DNA of 63,276 nt, the filler included, from Calcarisporiella thermophila CBS 279.70 (Eukaryota > Fungi > Calcarisporiellomycota): the NCBI RefSeq assembly GCF_041956535.1. It is 4 parts of 4 records of this genome, joined end to end, with 100 filler letters (N's around TTAATTAATTAA, not from the genome) between each part and the next. Parts side by side here need not be neighbours in the genome. Positions count along the whole stretch, not along the records: positions 1 to 21,593 come from NW_027192235.1; 3 more parts are not named here. One strand, given 5' to 3'. The notes beneath the pieces are model-generated. The model had not been told where the DNA came from. It made no database searches and worked only from the letters and a program-made list of their open reading frames with translations. This document shows positions 1 through 11,954 of the stretch, piece by piece. Numbering within the stretch: position 1 is the first letter of the stretch; each line of letters opens with the position of its first letter. Position numbers and translations under genes: made by a program.

Positions 1-98
1 AATGTAATCTTTTGTACTTATCGTAAGGGCGATCTTTTCAATAATCAAGGCTCAGCTTATGATCAAGTGGATAGCAGTCACAAACCAAGAGTAAGTGC

Positions 99-176
99 TG
101 GTGGGGGAGGTGGGATTCGAACCCACGCCGTTCTCATCGGCATCCCAGGGATAATCCACTACACTAACCCTCCCCC
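99..176 (-). ncRNA. tRNA-like element with encoded CCA and collapsed anticodon arm (tRNA mimic / SINE head / pseudo-tRNA)
   Basis: Minus strand reads GGGGGAG-GGTTAGTGTAGTGGATT-ATCCCTGGGAT-GCCGATGAGAACGGC-GTGGGTTCGAATCCCAC-CTCCCCC-ACCA. It has a perfect 7-bp acceptor stem, canonical T arm/B box, A-box-like TAGTGTAGTGG and a variable-arm-like hairpin. 110-129 is identical to 17868-17887 of tRNA-Leu. Confidence 0.6.
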
Positions 177-260
177 CCGCGCGCTTCCTGAATGCCTATG
201 TGACTGCCTCTGTGACTTTCCCATACAAAGACCAATTATCTCGTAACAAATTTCAAATAT

Positions 261-277
261 GCTCTAGTGGCGTAATT

Positions 278-317
<40 letters not shown>

Positions 318-334
318 GAGTCCACCCTTGAGCG
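261..334 (+). tRNA. tRNA-Asn (GTT)
   Basis: Cloverleaf: acceptor GCTCTAG/CTTGAGC (one mismatch), anticodon arm TTCGG-CTGTTAA-CCGAA, T arm GGTGG-TTCGAGT-CCACC, followed by an oligo-T Pol III terminator. Confidence 0.95.
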
Positions 335-1494
335 TTCTTTTTACATGTGGCGTTCATATTTTTAGGCGTTTTTAAAACCATTAAATATAAATATAAATAT
401 TCGTTCTCAATTTCTAATTTAATTAGGAATGTTGTGTCATTCCTTTCTAAGATCTTTAGTAAGAGATTACTTTTCTCATTTGATGCAGATTTTGCTTCCC
501 TTTAATAAAGCAGATTGCAATGATCATTTCAAATTAATAACGGATACTAATTTTTCAAGCAGTGGGCGACTTAGAGCTGAATTGCTAAATCTGAAACGCT
601 GGGCAATTTTTTTTCCACGCAGACTCAGCTGTATTCCAATTTGATAGTCCTGTTTGGTATATAGATCCATTTAAGTTTGATGAAACAAGCTTTACTACAA
701 ATCCTATTTAAAAACCAGTGCACTAGAGGGATTCCAAGTGCAGCCCAGGCCAACTAAAATTTAAACAGTTTACGAGGTAAATCAAAACAGAGTATATGAC
801 GCAACAATTACGTAGGGGTTAGTAAAATTAGTTGTGAGACGCTTAAAAATATTTGAAAACCGTATAAAAAACAGGCTGCCTGGTCGACAAAACAATCTTG
901 TTTCTTTAGGATTGCTCCCAAAAATGTCTTAGTCTCTTTGTAAGACTGCGGAATCCCTGTAGAAAACTGGCGAGTGTCACTGCATATCTAGAAAAAGAAA
1001 ATGAAGCATGAAAATTTTGGATTGGGGACTACATACAGTTTTATTTGAAATAAGAGAGCCTAAGCTATATAGAAATGAAGCCTAAGCTAATTTGTAAATG
1101 AAAAATGGTAGCATTGCATCGATGCTTGGTGGCTGAGACACTGGAATAGGAATTGAAAATATGGTATTTTCAATTTTCCCATATCCTGAATGGGATTTTA
1201 TCATCGACATCATAATGCAAACAACTGGCTTTCCGTGAACAAATCTAGAAGAATTGGATTTGCCGATTTCCTTAGACAGGGAAAGTGGGGGTAATCGAAT
1301 TGTTCCATACAATAAGCTAGGGTTTTAGGTCATAATTTCTCCTGCATCTTCTTATATCTACGATTTCTCTCCCTTTGCCATATATGTCTCTAGTTCCCTC
1401 GTTTCCTTTTTTTTTTTAAAGCCCTCACCTTTTTATCTCTTCTGATTTCTTTCGGTTAGCTCCTCCTTTTTACCAGCAAATTACTTATCCCATA

Positions 1495-2524
1495 ATGGAA
1501 ACTTTCTATGGACATGTGAAGACTCCCCGCGACGCAATTTTACTCTTTGAGGCATGCCGAAGGGGTATATTACGACGCGTTCAACGAAGGCTTTCAGACA
1601 AAGAGCGAGGGGTCATTCGGTCGGGGGCGGTATTCGTTTGGGATGAACAGGAAGCAGGAATGCGACGGTGGACAGATGTAAGGAATTAGATTTTGCTCTT
1701 CTCTCCCTCCTTTTCTCTCCATTTTCAATATGTTTGTATTAATAATTTTATAAACTATCAAGGGTATGAACTGGTCTCCAAGTCGAGTTAGTGGCTCATT
1801 CCTCTCCTATCGTGAACTAGAGCACCGCCGTAGAGATTCACACCGCGCTTCTTATCAAGTGTCTGGAGATTCAGCGACAACATCCATACGCCAGCGCCCT
1901 GCCTTTAAGTATAAACCCGATGGGCTTATCAAGCAGTCTTACAGTGTTGGAACTGCCGACAATCGTCGAATCCATTTAATTAGCTATTATACTAAGCGAG
2001 ATGTTTTATTACAACGATTGAAACCTCCCAGTCGAAACAATATTTTAAGTGAACTAGAGTTGCCTGAGGGGTATTACTTGACGGATACAGCCCATCCTCA
2101 GCCTCCACACGCTCGTAATAGTGTCAAGCCGAACAATGAGAATAGGATGGGGATAGAGAGCAGTTACGAGGATGATGGAGAAAGAGAGAAGCTGAGAGAT
2201 ATGGAAATCGATTCGCCTACTGGTTCATTTTCTGAGGACGAGGCTATTACTCCATTATTTGCAGCATCCTCATACTCGAACTCTACTCCTCACCAGACAA
2301 GCCTCTCCAATAGTGCTTCTCCTGAAGTACACCCAGCCTTCAATGTATCTACGAGCAAGACACAATGGGTCATTCCGCAGACATATATCACATTGCCCGC
2401 ATGCTCTACTATTGCGGCTGCAGCAGCAGGACTTTACTTGCCTATTCCTCCCATGGAGAGACGTCGACTTTTTGCTGAAGATGAGCGACAGTTAAATGCA
2501 GTTTCATCGTTGCTGAGGATATAA
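1495..2524 (+). CDS. Gti1/Pac2 (WOPR) family transcription regulator; exons 1495-1677, 1763-2524
   Basis: METFYGHV..DAILLFEACR, SGAVFVWDE..GMRRWTDG.NWSPSRV.G.FL.YRE and GLIKQSYSV..HLISYY motifs. The GT..AG intron 1678-1762 restores WTDGMNW. Confidence 0.93.
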
Positions 2525-2589
2525 GCACGAATTGCTTTTTGTATGCGTGATATTGTGAGCGTGTATATATTTCCATAATTTTCAATATT

Positions 2590-2618
2590 TTCTGATATAT
2601 TCTGATATATTCTGATAT
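2590..2618. repeat. short tandem repeat (TTCTGATATA)x3
   Basis: Seen directly in the 3' flank of the Gti1/Pac2 gene. Confidence 0.7.
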
Positions 2619-3245
2619 TTTGACGGTATTTGCTATTATTCTATATATTCATATATTTGCTGTTATTTGTAGTCTAAGAATCTTGGTATTCCTGCTTAAT
2701 ACTTGTGGAGCACCCACATGTAGAAGCGAAATGTAAATATATATACAATAATTTCTATGTATTTAAGTATCCCAATTTACCATCTAAGAAAAGGCTAGAA
2801 AATTAAAGTAGGATCAAGTGGCGTTTTGAAGAAATTGCATATAGAAAAACTTGGTCAAAGCTAAAACATTATCAATTATTCGGGGTTTTATTGAAGTGCA
2901 AAGTTTCTCGACACAATGTCAAATATTTTAATGAAGGACAAAAGGGTGTAAGCAGCAAGTGCAATTTTTCTTGTATAGCCTCATAGTGATTCTATAGCAT
3001 TGATAGATCGAACCATCAGAGCTTAGATTTGAGGTGATCTAATTACCAAGGTTCATTTTTGCGCCACATTACAGAATTTCAATTTTTTTCTTTTGCCTTC
3101 TTTTCACATTTTGTCAAGGTAATTCTAATTATTTCTACAAGTGAAACAAGGGATTTTCTTTCTTTTACTTTACTTCTCTTAACATTATCTAGTTTACCTT
3201 AGCTTTATACTCTTTTGCACCCTACTCAATAGCTGTGCTAGTCTT

Positions 3246-4166
3246 ATGATGCTTCTCGTCCGCCCGATGCAAAGTACGGGTCAGCAGTGGCAATTTCAAT
3301 TCGCCTCGAGGCAGCAGCATCAGAAGCGTAGCCATTCACAGTCCAGCTCTTCTAATGACATTGCTACATCAATATCCCCTCCTTCTTCGTTAGAAGAGCC
3401 TCGTTCAAAACGGCCCCGGTTCAACACACAATCACCCTCTGATTACTCTGCATCCACAAAGGCGCCCTCTAATACACCAGATCAAGATTTATATCCAGCT
3501 CTTAGTAATAAAGTGAATGGCTATATTGTCGACCTGGATAATGGTGACTTGCTCGAGCAGTTGACACCGTCCTTATATCCCAGGGACACCAATGAGACCA
3601 CCACATGGAGTATTAATACGGCAAAGCGACGCTGCCTCGGAAATGAGAATTTAGTTTGTGAAGAGAATGAAGATGGAAATGGCCCAAGGTTGAAAAGAAT
3701 GAGATGGAAGGATAAAGATATAAATGGATTGAAGATTGAGAAAACGGTGGACATGGAGAAAAAACAGCCTTTATCGACGCTATCTCCATCTTTTACCACT
3801 CTACCCCATCCCACTAATCTTGTTGGAGCTGCATTGGTGAAAGAGTCAGAAAACCAGCCACAACAACAGGACGACTCGACTTGTAGAGGAGTCGTCCTAT
3901 ATCGCCGTACTCCTCGGGATCTCCGGTTTACATCCAAGATAGGCCCATTTCCCACGCCAAGTCCTACTTCGAACACTTTTCTGAATACCACCAATTCCCC
4001 GTTCCTATCTCGAGAAATAGTGTTGCGAGATGGAGGGGGTGTTAGACTGCTTGAAAACGGTGGAAACGACACCGATTGGAACAAGGATGGAGACAGTGAA
4101 AAGGAAGAAGAGAGCAGAATTGTAGAGATCAATGGAGACGAGGACATCATAATGGATATGGACTGA
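3246..4166 (+). CDS. hypothetical low-complexity protein (306 aa)
   Basis: Long ATG-initiated ORF with coding-like GC between AT-rich spacers; S/Q/P-rich with basic NLS-like patches and an acidic tail; no family recognised. Confidence 0.7.
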   Translation: MMLLVRPMQSTGQQWQFQFASRQQHQKRSHSQSSSSNDIATSISPPSSLEEPRSKRPRFNTQSPSDYSASTKAPSNTPDQDLYPALSNKVNGYIVDLDNGDLLEQLTPSLYPRDTNETTTWSINTAKRRCLGNENLVCEENEDGNGPRLKRMRWKDKDINGLKIEKTVDMEKKQPLSTLSPSFTTLPHPTNLVGAALVKESENQPQQQDDSTCRGVVLYRRTPRDLRFTSKIGPFPTPSPTSNTFLNTTNSPFLSREIVLRDGGGVRLLENGGNDTDWNKDGDSEKEEESRIVEINGDEDIIMDMD

Positions 4167-4486
4167 CATTTGCTTTCACTATCTTGAGATTTATTTTGTA
4201 CCAATCAAATTGTGCTATTGTACAGAATTTTTAACCCTACTGCTACTTCTTCTTGTGTTCTAGTTTTTTTTTTGTTTTTCATAAAATTTTCCTACTCAAT
4301 ACTTACTCTTGCGCACATCTCTTATACGGCTCTGAACTGAAAAATAACTGATATAATACATTAAAAGAAACCAGACACTTTTCAGGAATAAAGATATCAG
4401 TGGAATAAAAAATAACTGAAAACCATGAGAATACAACAAACTCTAAGGAAAAGGGTATATTTTCTTTAGAATAATTGGATGCAATA

Positions 4487-7412
4487 TCAACTCTCAACAA
4501 CCCGGCCCTCTCTTCTATCTACTAGCCATTTTGGATACTCTGGTACTCTCCCCACCACTGCTCGCAAACAACTTAACCAGCGCTCCCGCTCGACCTCTGA
4601 ATCACAGTAAAACTCCATCGCGTTTGTCCCCTCCTTTCCATCATTAAATTCTAGACGGAAACTATGGGCTATCTGAAAAGCGTCCTCTCCAGCTTCTAAA
4701 AAATAGCCGCCTACGTCCCCGTAGTGATTTACCTTACGAGTGATAACTCTCTGTATATCCACGAGGTCAACAATAAGACCACGCGGTTGTCGAGTGACTT
4801 CATGATAGGCAAGAAGACGTGAACCCACTAGGCGGAAGAAACGACGACGCCAGAAATTGTTTCCGCTGCGCTGCTGGCTGTTGGCCAAGTTACCTCTTCG
4901 AATGCTATCATTCCGCTGAGTCATGTATCCGCTAAGCCAGCACATCTCGTGCCATTCCCGTGCACGTAGTCCTGCATGCACCTCGGGAAGAGTGGGCGGC
5001 ATTGGTGGTAGTACTACGTGGTCAGGGAGATACACTATGAAGGTTTCAAGTTGACCAACCAATTTCCCAGTTTGGGAGAAAATTCGGGGGGTGCTGGTGC
5101 TTGCAATGGAAGCGAGGGTGGTAGTGGAGCAGGAAAATGACATGGTGGACAGTTGAGGTGAAGCTATTTTTGTGTCCTCGTCTGTGCTCTCTCTTTCTTC
5201 CGCTCTCCAACTAACCGCCTCGCTTTCGATATCACATTCTCGTGCCGATAAACCATGCCAATAGTTAATACAATCTAAATTTACAGCACAAACAGACTCG
5301 CGACAATTGGTGCAGGCGAGAAGTGGAAGGTGAGCAACTGCAATTGCGCGTGTTGAACTCTGAATATAGGTTGAAAATTTTTTCTTTCTATGTTTGGGTT
5401 TTTTTATAGATCGCGATATCAATCCCGGAGGCTTGAAAGAGCTCTCAGGATGAACAACGAGGCTCACTGTCAACTCAAGGCGAGGATGAGCAGGTCTACA
5501 AATTAAAGGATAGGTCGTTGGTCAAGGTAATAAAAAAAATGGTAGAGAAGTATTTACATGATAAAATCGTGATCAATTGCAATTTTTTCACCATATGGTC
5601 TGTAGCCACTTTCGTATTGAGCGAATCCCGTATCCACCACACATTTGACCATCACTAGACGCTTACTATCGGGTAGCTTAAGGGTTGCATTTACAATCCT
5701 TAAATACAATCTTCCAGTCTCCAATGGATCTCCAACAGCTGCAGTATCAAGAGCAGAATTGCCATCACTGTTAAAGTTAATAAAGCTGGAGCGAGAGGTT
5801 GACGTGGTATCGGTCGATGTTGTAGACGACGCAGCGGAAGAAAAAGAAGAAGAATCTGTGTACATGCTACCGCAACTTGATGAACGTGACATAGCTGAAG
5901 GGTTTCCGCTTGCAGACCGATTGGCGAGGTTAGGGGTGAACAGTGGTCTGGATTTTGGAGGCTGAACGCGACAGCGTTCAACTACTTCTTTTAACTGATT
6001 TATTTTAAAAAAATTAGGCCCTGCTCTCTTAGCCATTTAATAACTAAAATAAATATTATCACCTTTTCATTGGATATCTGTAGCCCCTTATAAAATGCTG
6101 AACGAGCCGGATTCTTTTGCTTTGCTTCGTTATTATGTTCTTTATCTATTCTCTTCGCCAATGCCTCCGTATTTTCTTTATCAGGTACTCGTCGCAATTG
6201 GGATGGTGGAAGCGGAGGTCTTTGTGCAGCAATCTCCCGTATTTTCTCTGCCATATTATTACCACTATCCTCTCTTCCTGAAGAGCGGCTGTTACGCAAT
6301 TCTTCCAGTCGCTTCCTCACTTCTCCTTTCTTAATTCTCGCTTTTCCCTTTTCGACCCGAGATCCTGCTTCTTTTACATGTACCAGTACTCTTCCACGGT
6401 CGTCTTCAAGTGTTTTTTGTGTCCACCACTCATCTGGATCTACTAATTCATTTTTATCGGGAATCAATGAGTACTGCGCTGAGGTTGAAGCGTAAGAAGG
6501 CTGAGCTGATTCATTCAACGAGTAATTTGCAAAAGCTTGACGAAGCAATAGTGGTGAGAGAGCATCTCGCCCGCCAAAGAAGTTTTCCAATTCACGTGTG
6601 TTGGTTTCTATCTGATTCATTAACGTGGCAATATTAAGACCGCCATCATCGATCCAGAAATCATCACCTGCTCCCTCCTCCTCTTCCGCTGCTATAAGCA
6701 CATCAGGGTCAAGCGTCCGGGGTTCGTCAGTTTCTTTACCACTCAAGGAGGCTATACTACTGTTTGATTCCGATATTGTCAACTGTGTGAGGTTCGAAGC
6801 TGAAGCCGTGTCTTTCGCTGATTCTGGATTTCTTGCAATTACAGAATTAGATATGGGCTTGCGTGCGGGCATTGAGCTCCTCTGACCCGCCTTCCTCAAT
6901 ATATCTCTGACTTCTCTCCCCAATGCTACATCTACGGCCCTAATTCCTTTTTCGTTCTTTATTCCAGCTCCTACTCCCTTATCAATTAGTTTTTGGACTG
7001 TCCGAGCTTCTCCTAAAAACGCAGCGAGATGAAGTGTGGTAGAAGCATACGGTCCCCATCGACATGCATTTAATTGTGTAATAGATGAAATCTATTTGTT
7101 AAATACGGAGGTTAGATTGTTTGATGTAGAATACACGCGCATAACACTTACATTAATTAACCAATCGATAACAGAGTTTCTCTCTTTCCCTCCGTCACTT
7201 AGCAGTACTAATTGTAGAGACGTCAACCCTACAGCATCCCCAAGAAACTCCAGCACCCTTTCATCCCCTTCTGAAATAATTGGTAAGGAGATTGTTTCTT
7301 CCCAGCGAAGAGATGTAAGGCGCGGATGGGCGGCAAAGAGACATTCGAGGGTATTGAGATCATGCCTTTGAAGTGCGGCAAACCACTGTGGAGCCAGAGA
7401 TTGTAGCGACAT
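4487..7412 (-). CDS. multi-exon protein with N-terminal ankyrin repeats and a C-terminal anillin/Bud4-like (C2-like + PH) region
   Basis: ORF pieces 7092-7412, 6000-6923, 5554-6036 and 4487-5473 join through GT..AG introns. Ankyrin-like TTLHLAAFLGEARTVQKLIDKG; GRLYLRIV; PH motif SGYMTQ..WRRRFFRLVGSRLLAY..FYCDSEVERERWL. Confidence 0.75.
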
Positions 7413-7934
7413 TAAAAGTATTTAGAAAGAGCAATTGATGTTAATATCAGTAAAAATGTACGAAGCATATCGAGCAAGAGTAAAAGCGGACAGTTTTATT
7501 TTATTTCTTCTAAAGCGTTAAAAACAAAATTAAACGAAGACTCGTTAGAAAATCGATCGCATTCGGAGCTTAATTATTTTTTTTTGGAATCAACGTCATC
7601 GGAGTTTTCCTTGAGCTCAGCATACCGATTATTCTCCTTTGCTTATGGGGGATTCGCAGGGTTATGGATCCGTGGTTTGCTATATTAACGGAAAATACCC
7701 CCAATACTAAAGGATTTATTTGCATCTGCACCGTGTTTTTGCAGGTTTTATTAGTGTATCATAATAGTCTATACGTGGCATCTCTCCTTGAGCAATTTAA
7801 TATGATATCATTCTACTGTGAAAGGAGCTGAACCAAGGATGTATTAGTAAAATTGCACAAAGAGCATTTACGATACATATACTGTTTGATTAACTCAATA
7901 TATAATACAAAATTTAAATTGAAAACCGCTAAGT

Positions 7935-9472
7935 CTAAATTACAATAGGTGTATTATCTTTATCCATCTTCTCGATGTATTTTTCTGGCAAAAATGAATT
8001 CTTTTCCCCAGCGTATTCCAAGGTAACCTCCTTAAATGGCTCTTTGAATGCAATAGTCCAAGTTGTCCTCGGGTTACCCCTGTCCTCCTTTCCATTTTTG
8101 ATGATGGATTTTATCCAACTCAGCAATGCATCGGCGAAATTAAGACATACATTAGGATTCCACATCCCCGGCTTTCCTCTTACAATACGTGGTATATGGA
8201 GTGTATCGAAAGAGCGGAGGGAACGAAGAATGCCATGATTGTCTCGGAATCCAACAGTGATAATTGGGACGCCGATAAGGAACGACTGAGCCCAAAACTT
8301 AAGAAGCTTGTGCCTATACCGTTTTCAACCATTTTTAGGTTATATGATTTAAAATTTAGTTCTTTTCCATTTCTTGTCGATAAGACATATAAATATTACC
8401 GTTCAAATGAGGATTGTTGTTTGGGATGTTGGATTTCTTTTGATGTTTTCAGTTCCACGTAGGTTTTCTTGTCCCCACGATCCATTACGCAATCTACTTC
8501 TGCTCCCATTATTATGGAATGCTTCCCTAGTCGCGTCCGTGATACAACTCCATATTGTGCATGGTTATTAACGATGGTTTGATTCCGAGAAGCAAGTTCT
8601 TCGGAAGAAGGAGACCGTGTAGGAAGTGTGCAAAGCGCTTCAAATTTATAACCCCAATAAGTTGAGAGTCTCTGATCATTAGACATATTTTGGCGTTGCC
8701 TCAGCGTATGCTCTGTCAAATGTTCTTCAATGTATCTATAATGACGATAATATTAAATATTACATAATAGTGTGCCTAAAGATTACTAAATTCTTACATC
8801 GTTCCCTAAATACGATATTGACGTGATAAATATGGGGTGATGTTATTGCATCAATAATATATCTAATTTAAATTTAATATTATTTACATTATACAACGTA
8901 GCTCCAAATTCCCATGGGTCTCGCCTTGCATATGGTGTACACAATATTTTCGTCATGATTCCTCTCCAGGTTACCTAAATATGTATAAGTTATATTCTAT
9001 TTTCTTTATCTTATAAATTATTAGTTACGAAATCAGTTTGTGTTATCTCCTTATTAGAAGATCGTATGTGTTCTAAGGTATAAAGTAATGCATCCAGGTG
9101 TTCAGGTATCGAGTCATCACGTTGAATAAATGTATCATATCCAGAAGACAGATCTATATTCAGCTCAGGAGGATGGTAATACTTCTAAAATATATAATAT
9201 AATATAATATAATATAGTAATGGGTTTGCATAATTTATTAACATAAAGCGCCTTATCGGACGTCAACTTACGAGCTCGCGATTATCCATATGGAGATTAC
9301 GTTCCTCATCTAAGCTAAAACATCCGATCTCGACGGGCTGACGATACATAGGAGCAGATCCATCGAAACGATTTGAGGGATCGAGTAAAAATGTATTGTT
9401 TATTTTCGGATATTTATATGGTGTATCCTGATCCTGATCAGGTGGAGATCTTTTCCGCGATGAACTCATCAC
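7935..9472 (-). CDS. RAI1: Rai1/DXO decapping exoribonuclease (multi-exon)
   Basis: Motifs QPVEIGCFS, VTWRGIMTKI..TPY, YWGYKFEALCT, GAEVDC, YVELKTS and KLLKFWAQSFLIGVP..VGFRD, spread over exons with GT..AG introns. Confidence 0.93.
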
Positions 9473-10028
9473 TATTTGTTAATTTCAAATCCTCGGAAAT
9501 TATTAAATCGAATAAGGAAGTCACATTTATTATTATATCAACTAGGATATATCTTCACCATGTTTTTGAATATTTATTTACTAGATGCCACTACATCATT
9601 AACTTTGTTTTTCACTAATTATTTTAATATCTTTTTCACATTCATTACCAACCATTATTTACTCTTGCTATATATAAAGTAGTTACGCGCTATTTTGGGT
9701 TTTCTAGTATATTTTCTAATTGATATTGACAACTTCAAAATAGCTGGTTGACGGTATTCACAAAGACAATTTACTAACTTTAATACACCAGGATCATAAT
9801 AACAGTGCTGCAAGTCGCTTTAATACACTAGAAATTGAGTGATGGTTATTTGAAAGCGAAGCTTGTAGTTTCAATTGGTACCAATGGCCACTACAAAACA
9901 ATATTTAAAGATCAGTTATCAAAACATGAGTTAAATTGGTTCATGGTTCTATGAGAAGATTTGTATGAAATGGTGGTACTCTCAAGAGGAAATTGGCTCT
10001 TTGGTTGATAGGTGATATAGAGTATATT

Positions 10029-10086
10029 TGAGTCAATGTATAAATTATTAAGGAAGCAGTCACTAAAATTTGATCGAAATGAGTCA
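10029..10086. promoter_or_regulatory. two Gcn4/CpcA-type TGAGTCA sites upstream of HIS7
   Basis: TGAGTCA at 10029-10035 and 10080-10086, within 115 bp of the ATG of a histidine-biosynthesis gene. Confidence 0.65.
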
Positions 10087-10143
10087 AAAGAAAAACTTTT
10101 ATTTGAGGCTATCTTTTGCTCTTTTTAACCATTAACTATTGAA

Positions 10144-11831
10144 ATGACGATATATCTTCTTGATTACGGAGCAGGAAACGTGCGGAGCTTAGCGAATGCT
10201 GTGCATCATATAGGATATGATTTCGAGTGGGTGAAAGATCCTTCTGATATATCGAAAGCAGAGGTTTGGCTCTATTTGTTTATTTCTCTAATTTGCGTGT
10301 ATTCTCTTACATTACGTTCCGATTTGGTTAGAAACTTATCTTCCCAGGTGTGGGTGCATTCGCTAAAGCAATGGATGCTCTCACTGACAAGGGCTATGTT
10401 CCCGCTCTCCGCGATTATATTGCATCCGGAAAACCTTATATGGGGATTTGTGTTGGCATGCAAACACTTTTTGAGAGCTCTGAGGAGTCGCCTGCTACCC
10501 CTGGATTGGGTATACTTCCTGGGTGCGTTAAACGTTTGAGCAATGTGAATAAATCAGTGCCACATATGGGTTGGAATACGTGCAAAGTAATGCAGCGGGA
10601 ATCCTACGCGGTAACACCTGATAGAGCATTTTATTTTGTACACTCATATGCCGTTCCATCCAGTGGGGCAGATTGGGAATTGGGAAGAACAAAGTACGGG
10701 GATGAGGAGTTCGTGAGTGCAGTGAGATGGGGAAATGTATTCTGCACACAGTTTCATCCTGAAAAGAGCGGGTTTGCTGGGCTACGCGTGCTCCGCGCAT
10801 TTTTGCGAGGAGATGCATTTGCAAGCGAGATTAATACCGGTCTGGAGTTACATAAGAAGCAGTTAGGACTGACAAAACGCATAATCGCCTGTCTAGACGT
10901 ACGTGCCAATGATCAAGGCGACCTCGTCGTCACCAAGGGTGACCAATATGATGTACGAGAGAAAACAGGCGATGGTGAAGTACGAAATCTTGGTAAGCCT
11001 GTTGAGCTTGCAAAGCGATATTTTGATGAGGGTGCGGACGAAATTGCATTTCTCAATATTACGAGTTTCCGCGAATGCCCACTCCGAGATATGCCAATGC
11101 TTGAAGTATTACGACAAGCATCAAAGGAAGTATTTGTGCCACTGACAATCGGTGGAGGGATTCGGGATGTGATTGATCCAGATGGCACAAAACATCCAGC
11201 CCTGGAAGTGGCAGCAGAATACTTCAGAAGTGGTGCAGATAAGGTTTCCATAGGTAGCGACGCTGTGTATGCTGCCGAAGAGTATTGGAATAGAGGAGGG
11301 AAACCCACTGGTGACACGGCAATAGAATCTATTGCTAGCGCGTATGGATCGCAAGCTGTAGTGATATCTGTTGATCCAAAAAGAGTGTACGTCAAAGACC
11401 CAAATGAGACACAGCATCACTGTATTAAAACCGAGCTGCCCGGGCCTAACGGTGAAGCATATTGTTGGTACCAGTGCACCGTAAAGGGAGGGCGAGAATC
11501 TCGCGACTTTGATGTTCGTCAACTAGTTACTGCTTGTGAAGCGTTGGGCGCTGGCGAAATATTGTTGAATTGTATGGACCGCGATGGAACGAATTCAGGT
11601 TTTGACATAGAATTAATTCGGGATGTTAAGGCGGCTGTACGAATCCCAGTAGTTGCATCAAGTGGTGCAGGGAAAGTAGAGCACTTCTCAGAATGTTTTG
11701 ACCAAACGGATACTGAAGCTGCGTTAGCGGCCGGGATTTTCCACAGGAGAGAAGTTCCTATTGAGGCTGTGAAAGCTCACCTTGCAAACAAGAGAACGCC
11801 TGTGCGTGCAGTGGATGCGTGCCTAGATTGA
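10144..11831 (+). CDS. HIS7: imidazole glycerol phosphate synthase HisH-HisF fusion; exons 10144-10263, 10332-11831
   Basis: LDYGAGNVRSL, GICVGMQ, FYFVHSY and QFHPEKSG (glutaminase) followed by RIIACLDVR..VVTKGDQYDVRE (cyclase). Confidence 0.97.
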
Positions 11832-11954
11832 TAGATCTCTACAATTTTACAATAAAATTATTCGGAGTTTATAAACCTATTGACAAGTAATGAGTCGCGG
11901 GATATTTTTTTTTTTTTCTTCACAATACCTCGAAACCGCTTAATCTCAGTGTTG

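Noticed and set aside
127-141. tRNA-Sec (TCA) or tRNA-Leu(GAG) reading of the hairpin in the tRNA-like element
   Set aside because: TCA lies on the strand opposite the T arm and CCA. The GAG loop abuts the T stem with no variable region and has A at position 32, so neither fits a canonical tRNA.
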